Below are positions 41,346-51,757 of a stretch of 64,000 nucleotides of DNA, one piece after another. The translations under genes were made by a program, and so were the position numbers. The stretch spans positions 5,579-69,578 of the forward strand of contig CAZBLD010000002.1 in assembly GCA_964492875.1 (NCBI GenBank), written 5' to 3'. The number at the start of each line of letters is the position of its first letter. Within the stretch, counting starts at the first letter, position 1. This DNA is from an uncultured Planctomycetaceae bacterium (lineage in GTDB: Bacteria; Planctomycetota; Phycisphaerae; Sedimentisphaerales; UBA12454). Below the pieces are notes generated by a model that saw only the letters and a list, made by a program, of their open reading frames with translations, ran no database searches and was not told the origin of the DNA.

Positions 41346-41550
41346 CAATTACCTCCGAAAGCTCAAAAGAAAAACGGATATCAAAAGTCTAAAATATCAC
41401 ATCTGATAATCCCGTTTTAAACACATTTTAATAGTTTACTTTGCCTACCCTGTCAAGAAAATTTATAGTTGAAACAAAACAGTTTATTGAGTATCCTACT
41501 GTTTTCGTGCTGCTTTAATGAACCGTATGCTGAGTCTTTAGAGGCCAAAA

Positions 41551-42291
41551 ATGGCAAAGAATCCCAGACGAATCGCACTTTACGAGCTTATAAATAAAGC
41601 GCGCTTTAAGTCTGCTCAACAAAAGGCTTTATCGTCCATTAGTGTTTCAGCTAAGACGAAGGACGAGCCACAAGCGAGAAGCGAGGAGTCACGAGCCACA
41701 AGCGAGAAGTTACGGGCCGGTCCTGTCTGGAGCACAAAACCCAAGACGATAAGATTATATCCCGACAGGATAGAACTGTGTTTTTCCTGGCAGGTAACAG
41801 TAATAGGCCTGCTGGCGTTAGTGACGATATTTATGGTCTTTTTCAGACTGGGTCAGATATATTCATTTAAGAAAGCCGAGACAAAAAAGGCCTCCCAAAA
41901 CGCTGTGTCTGTGGAAAAAGTTATCCCGCCGACCAGCATAGCCGAGACCAAAACCGCACCGGCAGCCGAATCGGCCCGACCGAAAATGGTTGAGCCAATG
42001 GGAGACCATGTTATTGTTATTGCGAGCCATGAGGTAAGCAGCCATCTGGAGCCGGTAAAACAGTATTACGACGGGTTCGGCATAGCAACTGAGATTGTAA
42101 AGAAAGGTACTCGTTACCTCCTTGTTACACAGGAACGCTTCGATAACCCGGAAAAAGCAGGCAGCAACGGCTTTGAAATGAAAAAAAAGATTATTTCCAT
42201 AGGCGCCAATTACAAACCGCCGGCCAGCTCCGGTTTTGAGCCATTCGGCACAAAGCCGTTCCAGGACGCTTACGGGATGAAGATAAACTAA
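41551..42291 (+). CDS. Single-TM protein with a possible SPOR-like C-terminal domain
   Basis: One TM segment; the C-terminal beta-alpha pattern is only suggestive. Confidence 0.65.
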   Translation: MAKNPRRIALYELINKARFKSAQQKALSSISVSAKTKDEPQARSEESRATSEKLRAGPVWSTKPKTIRLYPDRIELCFSWQVTVIGLLALVTIFMVFFRLGQIYSFKKAETKKASQNAVSVEKVIPPTSIAETKTAPAAESARPKMVEPMGDHVIVIASHEVSSHLEPVKQYYDGFGIATEIVKKGTRYLLVTQERFDNPEKAGSNGFEMKKKIISIGANYKPPASSGFEPFGTKPFQDAYGMKIN

Positions 42292-42399
42292 GTTAATCGA
42301 AGATTTAAGATTTAGGATTGAAAATTTCTTAAAAAAAAGCATTAAAGGCGTTCCTAAAATCTTCAATTTTAAATTTTCATTTTTTAATAGGAGTAGTAT

Positions 42400-42798
42400 A
42401 TGTCAGTTGACCGTTCGCTGAAATTAAAAGGCGCACTCGTACGGCACCGTAACGTTCTTACCCGTGCCGAGAGAGTGGCGCGTCTTAAGGAAGAAGAGCG
42501 TTGGCAGGAGGGAGACAGTCCTTTCGGTCTTCCGAAGGTTGCAAACAGAAAAGTATCCATCAGTAAGAAGAAAGCAGAAGCTAAAGCAGAAGGCCAGGCA
42601 GCCGTTCTGGAACAGGCTGCCGCTGGTGCTGTGCCCGGCGCCGCTGCCGATGGGGGCAAGGCCGCTCCTGCAGGTCCGGCCAAAGCCGCCGCTCCCGCAG
42701 GAAAGGCTGCCGCCGCAGCCCCCGGCAAAACTACTTCTTCAGCCGCAAGCAAAGCAACCGGTCAGGGTAAACCCGGCGGCGGTGGCGGCAGGAGATAA
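42400..42798 (+). CDS. PVC small basic (signature) protein with an Ala/Pro/Lys-rich tail
   Basis: MSVDRSL...RNVLTRAER...SPFGLPKV; AGGAG RBS. Confidence 0.85.
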   Translation: MSVDRSLKLKGALVRHRNVLTRAERVARLKEEERWQEGDSPFGLPKVANRKVSISKKKAEAKAEGQAAVLEQAAAGAVPGAAADGGKAAPAGPAKAAAPAGKAAAAAPGKTTSSAASKATGQGKPGGGGGRR

Positions 42799-42841
42799 GT
42801 TGATGGTCTTTGCCATAAATTGAATAACGGTTGATTTAGCG

Positions 42842-43951
42842 GTGAAAAAATATCTTGCCGACAGAACAGCCCTCATTAATGCAAGCGGCATAAGAAAAGT
42901 TTTCAATCTTGCCGCTTCGATGAAAGACCCAATTAACTTCTCAATAGGCCAGCCAGATTTTGACGTTCCTGAACCGCTAAAGCAAATCGCCATCGAGGCA
43001 ATAAAACAGGGCAAAAACAAATACACCATCACAGCAGGTGAGCCAACATTATGTGCAAAAATCGCCCAGAGAGTTACCGCCCAATTTGGATGGAAAAACC
43101 CTTCCGTTCTCGTGGCAAGCGGCGTAAGCGGCGCACTGCTACTATCCTTTATGAGCCTTATCAATCCGGGCGACGAGGTGATAATCGGCGACCCATATTT
43201 TGTTATGTACAAACACCTCGTAAATCTGCTTGGCGGAAAATGCGTCTTCATCGACACATATCCAGATTTCGGACTGCATCCGGAAAAAATCAAGGAGTGT
43301 ATTACCAGCAGGACAAAAATTATCGTGGTAAACTCACCCTGCAATCCCACCGGCGCGGTTTACTCACAAAGCGACCTTAAAGCTCTTGCCGAGATTGCGG
43401 CGAAAAGAGACATTCTCATCCTGTCGGATGAGATATATGACAAATTCTGCTACGATGCACCTTACCGGAGTATGGCATCATTTTATCACAATACCATTCT
43501 GCTGCAGGGCTTCAGCAAATCTTATGCGATGACCGGCTGGCGGCTTGCATACGCAGCGGTCCCTGAGCATCTTAAGTCCATTATCGAGGAGATGACAAAA
43601 ATCCAGCAGTACACCTTTGTCTGTGCGCCTTCTCCATTTCAGCAGGCGGCAATTGCCGCTCTGGATTACGATGTAAGCGAACTGATGGCCGAATATAAAA
43701 CAAAGCGGGACATTACTTACGATGGTTTGAAAGACAAATTTGAACTGATAAAGCCCGGCGGCGCATTCTACGCCTTTGTAAGGGCGCCTGCGGACAAAGG
43801 AACTGAATTTGTCGAAAAGGCAATCAGGAATAACGTGCTGACTATTCCGGGCTGCGTTTTCAGCGAAAAAGACACTCATTTCAGACTCTGCTATACAACG
43901 ACCAACGACAAGATTAAAAAAGGCATCGAAATTTTAAGAAAACTGGTTTGA
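42842..43951 (+). CDS. PLP-dependent class I/II aminotransferase
   Basis: INFSIGQPDF, NSPCNPTG, SDEIY, FSKSYAMTGWR. Confidence 0.93.
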   Translation: MKKYLADRTALINASGIRKVFNLAASMKDPINFSIGQPDFDVPEPLKQIAIEAIKQGKNKYTITAGEPTLCAKIAQRVTAQFGWKNPSVLVASGVSGALLLSFMSLINPGDEVIIGDPYFVMYKHLVNLLGGKCVFIDTYPDFGLHPEKIKECITSRTKIIVVNSPCNPTGAVYSQSDLKALAEIAAKRDILILSDEIYDKFCYDAPYRSMASFYHNTILLQGFSKSYAMTGWRLAYAAVPEHLKSIIEEMTKIQQYTFVCAPSPFQQAAIAALDYDVSELMAEYKTKRDITYDGLKDKFELIKPGGAFYAFVRAPADKGTEFVEKAIRNNVLTIPGCVFSEKDTHFRLCYTTTNDKIKKGIEILRKLV

Positions 43952-43959
43952 AAACAAAA

Positions 43960-43978
43960 CCCGCCGTGAAACGGCGGG
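43960..43978 (+). terminator. Hairpin after the aminotransferase gene
   Basis: cccgccgt-gaa-acggcggg followed by an AT-rich tract. Confidence 0.5.
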
Positions 43979-44026
43979 CTAAATATTTTTATTGTCTGTC
44001 CTCCCGTACATCGCTAAAATTACGGT

Positions 44027-45559
44027 ATGCGAATAAAAGCTCTCATTTTTCTATTATGTGTGGTTTCCTTGGTGGACCGCTCCCTAACGGTCGCGGCTCT
44101 GTCAACTAACAACATCGAACCAAATGAGGCGAAAGCCGCCATAATAACGTGCACGGGCCTGATTGACGACGGTCTCTATTCTTCGATAAAACGCCGCTCC
44201 AATACGGCTCTTGCGCTTGGCGCCAATTACCTTATTTTTGAAATCGGCACCTACGGCGGCCTTGTTGAAAGCGCCGATGATATTTCAAAATACCTTATTC
44301 TCGAATTGTCTCAAAAGGCAAGAACAATCGCTTACGTTAATACCGAGGCAATCAGCGCAGGAGCGATGATAAGCGTTTCCTGTCAGGATATAATAATGAG
44401 AAAGAACACCACTATCGGCGACTGCGCCCCGATTCAGATGGGCGACAAACTCGAAGGCGTCGAGCGTGAAAAAGCCGAAAGTTTTATTCGAGCAACATTT
44501 CAAAGAGCTGCTCAGGCCAACAACTATCCGCAGGCTCTGCTCGAAGCAATGGTAAGCAGGCACAAAAAAGTATGGCGGATAAAAAATATCAAAACAGACC
44601 TTTATGAATTCTGCGAGGATGAAAAACTACCCACAGACGCCAAACTTTACGACCTGAAAGCAAAAGAGCTTATCGACAACGAAAATGAAATTCTGACCCT
44701 TACTGCCGCAAAGGCAAAGGAATACGGCATTGCCAGAGAGGCGGTAAGCGATATCAACGAAGCAATTGCATTTCTTGCACAGCGCGATAACGTAAAGTTT
44801 TCGCCGAAAATTGTTCGGCTTGAACCGAACTGGTCCGAGCAACTTGTCAGGATGCTCAATCATCCGACAGTCAGCGGGATTTTGTTTATGATTGCGATGC
44901 TCGGCATTTATATCGAATTAAAAACCCCCGGCGTAGTTCTGCCCGGTATCGTAGCGTTAATCTGTTTTGCGATAATCTTCGGCAGCAGATATCTTACCGG
45001 CCTTGCAACCTGGTGGGAAATCGCGGTTTTTGCGATTGGCATTATCCTGCTGGCGCTTGAAGTTTTTGTCATTCCCGGCTTCGGCATTGCGGGAGTATTA
45101 GGCATTTTATTTATCCTCCTGAGCCTTTTTGCAATTCTTGTTCCCAACAGGCCGGATGAGCTGCCCTGGCCTAAATACGATTTCGACAACGTTCAATGGC
45201 AGCTCTTGACAAGCGGCGCGTGGGCCTTTTCGCTGGGCTTCGTGGGCTTCGCCGTTACCGCGTATTTTCTGGCAAAATTTTTACCAAGGACCGGTCCACT
45301 TAAGGGTCTTGTCCTTGCCCCTGCTGAGAAAGGTCCTCAAATGCAGATAGACCTGACCGCTCCGCCGCAAAAAGCAGACAAATTAAAAGCAGGCGATACA
45401 GGATTTGCCATTACAACACTCAGACCTGCAGGTCAGGGAAGATTCGAACATGCCGTCGTCGATGTTGTTACTGAAGGCGACTTTATCCAAAAAGGTCAAA
45501 AAATAAAAATCATACAAATTCAAGGCAACAGAGTTGTGGTAAGACAGACAAATGATTAG
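44027..45559 (+). CDS. Long NfeD (ClpP-class serine protease domain, TM region, OB fold)
   Basis: TYGG, AISAGA, IGDCAP, ELKTPG, T.LRPAG. Confidence 0.9.
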   Translation: MRIKALIFLLCVVSLVDRSLTVAALSTNNIEPNEAKAAIITCTGLIDDGLYSSIKRRSNTALALGANYLIFEIGTYGGLVESADDISKYLILELSQKARTIAYVNTEAISAGAMISVSCQDIIMRKNTTIGDCAPIQMGDKLEGVEREKAESFIRATFQRAAQANNYPQALLEAMVSRHKKVWRIKNIKTDLYEFCEDEKLPTDAKLYDLKAKELIDNENEILTLTAAKAKEYGIAREAVSDINEAIAFLAQRDNVKFSPKIVRLEPNWSEQLVRMLNHPTVSGILFMIAMLGIYIELKTPGVVLPGIVALICFAIIFGSRYLTGLATWWEIAVFAIGIILLALEVFVIPGFGIAGVLGILFILLSLFAILVPNRPDELPWPKYDFDNVQWQLLTSGAWAFSLGFVGFAVTAYFLAKFLPRTGPLKGLVLAPAEKGPQMQIDLTAPPQKADKLKAGDTGFAITTLRPAGQGRFEHAVVDVVTEGDFIQKGQKIKIIQIQGNRVVVRQTND

Positions 45560-45570
45560 AGGATAAGCGA

Positions 45571-46065
45571 ATGTTTTGGTGGATAGTACTTGCGATTTTT
45601 CTGTTTTTGCTATGTGCTGTTTTGCTGATAGCAGAAGTTTTTGTCCCCAGTTTCGGGCTGCTTATCGTCTGCTCGCTGGCCTGTCTCGCAGGCGGTATAG
45701 CAATTTTTTTCAAGCTCAGTCCAACAGCCGGCTGGATAGGCGTAGTAGTAGCTGTGGTTATGATTCCGGCTACACTTGTTTTCGCATATAAAATTTTCCC
45801 GAAAACCGGTTTCGGCAAAACTATATTGCTCGATATGCCTAAAAGACAAAAAGGCGAAGGAATACCAGATTCACAGGAACTTGCGAAACGTTTAGGCCAA
45901 AAAGCCATAACAATTACGCCGCTGCGTCCCGTCGGGATGTGCGATTTTTCCGGCACAAGACTTGAATGTGTCGCTGAAAGCGGTTATGTTGAGAAAGGAA
46001 AAACCGTCGAGGTCATAAAAGTCGAAGGTACACAACTTACAGTCAGGCAAATGGAAGATTCTTAA
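45571..46065 (+). CDS. Short NfeD-family protein
   Basis: AEVFVPSFG, ITPLRPVG, VIKVEG. Confidence 0.88.
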   Translation: MFWWIVLAIFLFLLCAVLLIAEVFVPSFGLLIVCSLACLAGGIAIFFKLSPTAGWIGVVVAVVMIPATLVFAYKIFPKTGFGKTILLDMPKRQKGEGIPDSQELAKRLGQKAITITPLRPVGMCDFSGTRLECVAESGYVEKGKTVEVIKVEGTQLTVRQMEDS

Positions 46066-46080
46066 TGAAAGGATTTTAAA

Positions 46081-47112
46081 ATGACAACTGCAAATCTCTT
46101 TATTCTTGCTGAGATACCAAAGGCGGTATCAGGTATCGGTCTGATAATTCTTTTTGTTTTAATATTTATTTTTGGTCTGCTGGTATTGGCATACGGCCGG
46201 CTGTGGCTTCAGGCAAAATTGTCCGGTGCGCCTGTCTCGGTAGGCGAACTCATCGGAATGACACTGCGAAAGGTTAACGCGGGCAGAATAGTCAGCGCAC
46301 GAATTATGGCAATTCAGGCAGGTCTTGATTTGACCCGCCGGGACCTCGAAAGCCATTATCTTGCCGGCGGCCGCGTTGAAAATGTCGTGCGAGCCCTTAT
46401 TGCAGCCGACAGGGCAAATTTAAATTTGACTTTCAAGGTAGCCACAGCGATAGACCTTGCAGGCAGAGATATACTCGATGCCGTTCAGACTTCAGTTAAT
46501 CCCAAGGTTATTGACTGTCCCGACCCCGCAAAAGGCCGGGAAACCATTGACGCTGTTTCACAGGACGGCATCCAGTTAAAGGCCAAGGCACGCGTAACAG
46601 TCCGTACAAACCTTCAGCGGCTTATCGGCGGTGCTACAGAACCAACCATCATCGCCCGTGTCGGTGAAGGCATCGTAACAACCATAGGCAGCGCGATATC
46701 TCACAAAAGTGTGCTTGAAAATCCCGATAATATTTCCAAGCAGGTTCTTGCCAAGAGTCTCGATGCTGGCACAGCATTTGAAATTCTCTCAATAGATATT
46801 GCTGACATTGATGTCGGCGATAACATTGGTGCCAAACTTCAGGCTGACCAGGCCAAGGCGGACCTCGCCAGGGCACAGGCAGAAGCCGAAAAACGGCGTG
46901 CAATGGCCGTCGCCCGCGAACAGGAAATGAGGGCGCTTGTTCAGGAAAACCGTGCAAAGGTCGTTCTATCCGAAGCGGAAGTGCCGCTTGCGATGGCCGA
47001 AGCCTTCAGGAAAGGCAATATGGGCATAATGGACTATTATAAAATGAAGAATATTGTGGCTGATACAACTATGAGAGATTCCATTGCAAAGCCGCCGAAA
47101 AAGGAAGAATAA
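46081..47112 (+). CDS. floA: Flotillin-like FloA (YqfA)
   Basis: [40 protein letters not shown]. Confidence 0.95.
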   Translation: MTTANLFILAEIPKAVSGIGLIILFVLIFIFGLLVLAYGRLWLQAKLSGAPVSVGELIGMTLRKVNAGRIVSARIMAIQAGLDLTRRDLESHYLAGGRVENVVRALIAADRANLNLTFKVATAIDLAGRDILDAVQTSVNPKVIDCPDPAKGRETIDAVSQDGIQLKAKARVTVRTNLQRLIGGATEPTIIARVGEGIVTTIGSAISHKSVLENPDNISKQVLAKSLDAGTAFEILSIDIADIDVGDNIGAKLQADQAKADLARAQAEAEKRRAMAVAREQEMRALVQENRAKVVLSEAEVPLAMAEAFRKGNMGIMDYYKMKNIVADTTMRDSIAKPPKKEE

Positions 47113-47161
47113 AGCCACAAAGACACGAAGAATTAAAAAATTGAAGATTTGTTGAAAACAA

Positions 47162-47743
47162 ATGTACTCTTTATTTGAAAATCTGCTTGCGGCCAGCGAC
47201 AAGGACGTTGAGGTCTGGATACAGTTTATTGTCGTAGCGATAATAATTGTATTCGGCATCCTGAAAGCAATCGCTCGCCGCATAAAAGCGATGAGAGAGC
47301 AAAAGTCCGCCCAGAGCGAGAGCGAGTATAAACCTCCGCCTGCCAAGCCAAGGAAAAGATATGTCGCCGCCGACGGCAGCTACAAAACCCTCGAACAGCT
47401 TCGCCAAGAAAGGATTGCACAAATCAGAGCGGCCTTCGGCATACCTCAGCCTCAGCCGCCCAGCAGACCGCAACCTGTCACTGTTGAGACGCCGCAGGTC
47501 GCTGACCTCGGCGAGCTCGGTCGAGCCGAAAAAATTGAAAAACCTCCCGCCCCCCCACCTGTACCTGAGCCACAACCCGTACCTTCAAAAATTGCCGCCG
47601 ACAGAAAAAAGGCTCATATTCCCACTGCGGTGCCGACCGGCGAGAGAGTCCATAAACTGCTTTTCTCATCGCCCGGCGACCTGCGAAACGCGGTGTTGTA
47701 TCAGGAGATTCTCGGCAAACCTCTTGCCCTGCGAGACACGTAG
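47162..47743 (+). CDS. YqfB-like single-TM Pro-rich protein
   Basis: Follows floA; C-terminal LRNAVLYQEILGKPLALR. Confidence 0.7.
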   Translation: MYSLFENLLAASDKDVEVWIQFIVVAIIIVFGILKAIARRIKAMREQKSAQSESEYKPPPAKPRKRYVAADGSYKTLEQLRQERIAQIRAAFGIPQPQPPSRPQPVTVETPQVADLGELGRAEKIEKPPAPPPVPEPQPVPSKIAADRKKAHIPTAVPTGERVHKLLFSSPGDLRNAVLYQEILGKPLALRDT

Positions 47744-47964
47744 CCACCAAGACACTAAGGCACAAAGGAAATTGAAGATTTAATCCGCTAGGGGATGGCT
47801 TACGCCAGATTGAAGAATGAAAATTTGAACCAGTTCTGCCGAAGGCAGACTCCACAAATCTTCAATCTTCAACTGTTCAATTTTCAATACCAATTCTTAG
47901 TGCTTTGGCGGTTTCTTTTGCCTTTTCACTTCGACAGCAATGTGGTATAAAATAAGGCTTAATT

Positions 47965-50385
47965 ATGGAAAAATTAAGACTTGTTGACATTGTAAGCACA
48001 GAGCCTTTTTTGGAAGGCCAAAATTCGGATTCTTCCGAGGGTCCTAAGGAAATCGAACTGCCGGAAGTTATCGGCATTTTGCCGGTGCGAAACGCCGTTA
48101 CATTTCCCGGCACCATCGCCCCGCTGGCCATAGGCCGAGAAAAAAGCAGAAAGCTGCTTGAAGAATGCCGGGTAAACGAAACCATAATCGGCCTTATTAC
48201 CCAGAAAAAGTCCGACATTGAGAATCCCGGCATAAATGACCTTTATCGCGTCGGCACCGCTTCATCAATCCTCAAGATTGTCAAAATGCCAGCCGGCACG
48301 TTACACATTATCGTTCACGGTCTGATAAGGTTCAAAATCGTTGAGCTTGTGGCAACCGAGCCGTACATAAAGGTCAGAATCGCACCGCTTGTGGCAAAGA
48401 CAAAAGTTACTAAAAAACTTAAAGCGTTAATGGTCAGCGTTCGCGACACTGCCAACAAGGTTATCCGTTTAAGTCCCAATGTGCCTGAGGAGGCATCCAT
48501 TCTGCTGGAAAATATCGAGACGCCGTCAGCCCTTGCAGATTTTCTGGCGGCAAATTTAAGTATCCCCGTTATCGAAAAGCAGCAGATACTTGAAGAGGTC
48601 AACGCTCAAAAGCGTCTCGAAAAAATTTCTCTTGCCCTCGCCAAGCAGCTCGATGTTCTGGAGCTTAGCCATAAGATTCAGGTTCAGGTCAAGCAGGCCG
48701 TGGAAAAAAATCAGCGAGAATATTTTCTTCAGGAGCAGTTGAAAGCCATTCAGACGGAGCTTGGCGAGGACGATAAAAAGACCGGCGAACTCAAAGAACT
48801 CAAAGACAAGATAAAAAAGGCAAAGATGCCTGAAAAAGTGGAAGCTGAGGCTTTGCGCGAACTTGAGCATCTGTCAAGAATCCACGTTGCCTCACCGGAT
48901 TTCGGCGTAATCAGAACGTATCTTGACTGGGTCTGTGAGCTGCCGTGGAACATAAAAACCGCTGATTCGCTGGATATAAGAAAAGCCCAGCGGATTTTAA
49001 ACAGAGACCATTACGGCCTGGAAAAAATCAAAAAACGAATTCTTGAGTTTTTGGCCGTAAGGAAACTCAACCCCTCCGGCAAAGGGGCGATTTTGTGTTT
49101 CATCGGCCCTCCCGGCGTGGGCAAAACAAGTCTCGGCAAATCCATTGCTCGTGCGATGAGCAGAAAATTCGTCCGCATTTCACTCGGCGGTATGAGAGAC
49201 GAAGCAGATATAAGAGGCCACAGGAGAACTTATATCGGCGCCCTGCCAGGGAGAATCCTGCAGGAGCTGCGCAAGTGCAGCAGCAAGAATCCTGTCTTTA
49301 TGCTGGACGAAATGGACAAAATAGGCGTCGATTTCAGGGGCGACCCTGCAAGCGCGCTATTAGAAGTCCTCGACCCCGAACAAAACAACACCTTCACAGA
49401 CCACTACCTTGACCAGCCGTTCGATTTGTCGAGCGTAATGTTCATCGGCACAGCAAACTATACCGAACCAATACCGCCCGCCCTGATGGACAGAATGGAG
49501 ATTATCGAACTGCCGGGTTATACCGAAAACGAAAAGCTGAACATCGCAAAGAAATATCTCATACCTCGACAGTTTGCAGAGCACGGCCTAAAAAAAACCC
49601 GGCTCAAAATAACCGATGAGACCGTAATTGAAATAATCCGCAGTTATACCGCCGAGGCAGGCGTCCGCAATCTTGAGCGCAGCATTGCCGCTATCTGCCG
49701 TTCGGTCGCGACCGAGATAGCAAAGGGCGTCAGACACTCTGCGATAATTACGAAGGCGCATCTGCCTAAAATTCTCGGCCCGGTCAGACATTTACCGGAA
49801 CTTGCGATGCGGACAGCAGTTCCCGGCGTGGCTACCGGCCTTGCATATACACCTTTCGGCGGTGAAATTCTTTTTGTCGAGTCCGCCTCAATGCCGGGCA
49901 AAGGCGAACTGATTCTTACCGGCCAGATAGGCGACGTGATGAAGGAAAGCGCACAGGCCGCCTTTTCAATCGTAAAGGAAAACTCTAAAAAGCTGAACGT
50001 CAATCCGGCCAGTTTTGGAAAGCATGATTTTCACATTCACGTTCCCGCCGGCGCCGTCCCAAAAGATGGCCCAAGCGCCGGAGTAGCAATGTTCTGTTCA
50101 CTTGTTTCTCTTTTGACACAAGCCCCTGTCAAACCTGAAGTTGCGATGACAGGCGAAATCACACTTAAGGGGCTTATATTGCCAATTGGAGGTTTGAAGG
50201 AAAAAATCCTTGCCGCAAAACAGGCTGGTATAAAAACCGTTATCCTGCCACTGCGAAACAAAAAGGATATGGTTGAAGTGCCAGCCGAGGCGAAAAAAGG
50301 TATGAAGTTTATCTTTGTCAAAAAAGCTACAGAGGTTCTGAAAGCAGCACTACAAGAGCAACACAATGAAAAAACGAAATCTTAA
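47965..50385 (+). CDS. lon: Lon protease
   Basis: GPPGVGKT, KDGPSAG (Ser), PIGGLKEK (Lys). Confidence 0.98.
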   Translation: MEKLRLVDIVSTEPFLEGQNSDSSEGPKEIELPEVIGILPVRNAVTFPGTIAPLAIGREKSRKLLEECRVNETIIGLITQKKSDIENPGINDLYRVGTASSILKIVKMPAGTLHIIVHGLIRFKIVELVATEPYIKVRIAPLVAKTKVTKKLKALMVSVRDTANKVIRLSPNVPEEASILLENIETPSALADFLAANLSIPVIEKQQILEEVNAQKRLEKISLALAKQLDVLELSHKIQVQVKQAVEKNQREYFLQEQLKAIQTELGEDDKKTGELKELKDKIKKAKMPEKVEAEALRELEHLSRIHVASPDFGVIRTYLDWVCELPWNIKTADSLDIRKAQRILNRDHYGLEKIKKRILEFLAVRKLNPSGKGAILCFIGPPGVGKTSLGKSIARAMSRKFVRISLGGMRDEADIRGHRRTYIGALPGRILQELRKCSSKNPVFMLDEMDKIGVDFRGDPASALLEVLDPEQNNTFTDHYLDQPFDLSSVMFIGTANYTEPIPPALMDRMEIIELPGYTENEKLNIAKKYLIPRQFAEHGLKKTRLKITDETVIEIIRSYTAEAGVRNLERSIAAICRSVATEIAKGVRHSAIITKAHLPKILGPVRHLPELAMRTAVPGVATGLAYTPFGGEILFVESASMPGKGELILTGQIGDVMKESAQAAFSIVKENSKKLNVNPASFGKHDFHIHVPAGAVPKDGPSAGVAMFCSLVSLLTQAPVKPEVAMTGEITLKGLILPIGGLKEKILAAKQAGIKTVILPLRNKKDMVEVPAEAKKGMKFIFVKKATEVLKAALQEQHNEKTKS

Positions 50386-50521
50386 TGTTGAAATCTGGCT
50401 TACTGCGAGCGCATTGCGGCGAGAGCGACCTCTTAGCTTTTAAAAAAGACTTGCTAATTATGGCATACGGTTGTATGTTATTATACAAATGAATAACTGG
50501 TTTTTCAGGAGCACAAAGACA

Positions 50522-50812
50522 ATGGGTACCGATGAGATTTTGGCAGTGCTGCGACATTACAAGCAAAGCCATCAAAACGAATACGGCATTAAATCTCTTG
50601 GCATTTTCGGCTCGGTTTCAAAAGGGCGGTTTGGTGAAAACAGTGATATCGATATCTTCGTGGAGCTGGAAAGGCCGGATATGTTCCTGCTGGCGGACAT
50701 AAAACAGGATATCGAACAGAACCTTCACATACCGGTAGATATTGTGCGTCTGCGAGAGAAGATGAATCCTCTGTTAAAACGGCGAATATACCAGGATGGT
50801 ATCTATGTATGA
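50522..50812 (+). CDS. MNT antitoxin (minimal nucleotidyltransferase)
   Basis: FGS-x10-DID; AGGAG upstream of MGTDE. Confidence 0.9.
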   Translation: MGTDEILAVLRHYKQSHQNEYGIKSLGIFGSVSKGRFGENSDIDIFVELERPDMFLLADIKQDIEQNLHIPVDIVRLREKMNPLLKRRIYQDGIYV

Positions 50813-51182
50813 CAGAGAACTGGTCAGGGATATCTTATCGCAGATACTTGGGGCTGCCGGAACTGTGCATCAGCGGTTCGCCTCGGTAAAGAGCGCAGAT
50901 TTTTTTACCAATTCTCCACAAGGGATAGAAAAACTTGATGCCATCTGTATGCAGCTTATTGCTATCGGCGAGAGCCTCAAAAACCTTGATAAAATTACCG
51001 ATGGAACACTTCTTGCTGAATATCCTGAAATTGATTGGCGCGGGGCTAAGGGTATGCGCGACATTATCAGCCACCATTACTTCGATATTGATGCGGAAGC
51101 AATTTATGATGTCTGCGCCAACAAACTTGGGCCTTTAACACAGGCAATCGATAAGATGTTAAAGAATATTGATAAAAAATAG
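50805..51182 (+). CDS. HepT/DUF86 HEPN ribonuclease toxin
   Basis: IGESLK, W...GMRDIISHHYF (RxxxxH); overlaps the MNT stop. Confidence 0.92.
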   Translation: MYDRELVRDILSQILGAAGTVHQRFASVKSADFFTNSPQGIEKLDAICMQLIAIGESLKNLDKITDGTLLAEYPEIDWRGAKGMRDIISHHYFDIDAEAIYDVCANKLGPLTQAIDKMLKNIDKK

Positions 51183-51202
51183 GCGGCTGTTCCCACCCAC
51201 TT

Positions 51203-51305
51203 AAAGGATATAGTAAAAGTACCTGCCGAGGCGAAAAAAGGTATGCAATTCGTCTTCGTGAAAAAAGCGACTGACATATTGAACGCTGCGCTTGATAGCA
51301 AGTGA
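51203..51305 (+). pseudogene. Displaced duplicate of the lon 3' end
   Basis: Reads KDIVKVPAEAKKGMQFVFVKKATDILNAALDSK*; 21-bp exact match 51225-45 = 50284-304. Confidence 0.85.
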
Positions 51306-51506
51306 GAATATCCACAAACTGTTAAAACAGATTTCGTTCCTATTCCTGTTCTTGTATAATATAATAATGAAGGAAAGAATTGAAAGGCTTGGTTACGTAG
51401 CCAGGCGTTTAATATGGGAAATCCCAATTAATAAGTTTATTTTTGGCTGGCGATAAGACGATAAATATATAAGAAATAAAAAAAGACTTTCAAGGAGTAC
51501 AAGGAA

Positions 51507-51644
51507 ATGGTCAAAAAAGCCCTCTTAATAATCCTGTTGCTTTTCGTCATACTTTCTGCAATTAGTTGTCAAACAATACGAGGTGTCGGGGGAGATATCC
51601 GCTGGCTTGGCGGTGCAAGAGACGACCAAAATTCAAAAAAATGA
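51507..51644 (+). CDS. 45-aa entericidin-like lipoprotein
   Basis: AAGGA RBS, hydrophobic leader, lipobox-like AISC, then QTIRGVGGDIRWLG. Confidence 0.75.
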   Translation: MVKKALLIILLLFVILSAISCQTIRGVGGDIRWLGGARDDQNSKK

Positions 51645-51757
51645 AAACAAATTTCTGGGCAGCGTATTGTCTGTAAGACCGGCGGCACTTTGGGGGTAAA
51701 GCCCACGCGGGCGATCGTTCGCCTGCTCAAATGTTCCCCTGCTCTCCTGTTCACTTC

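Noticed and set aside
51569-51754. 61-aa ORF or structured RNA downstream of rho
   Set aside because: Overlaps the better-supported lipoprotein ORF and matches no RNA family I can recognise
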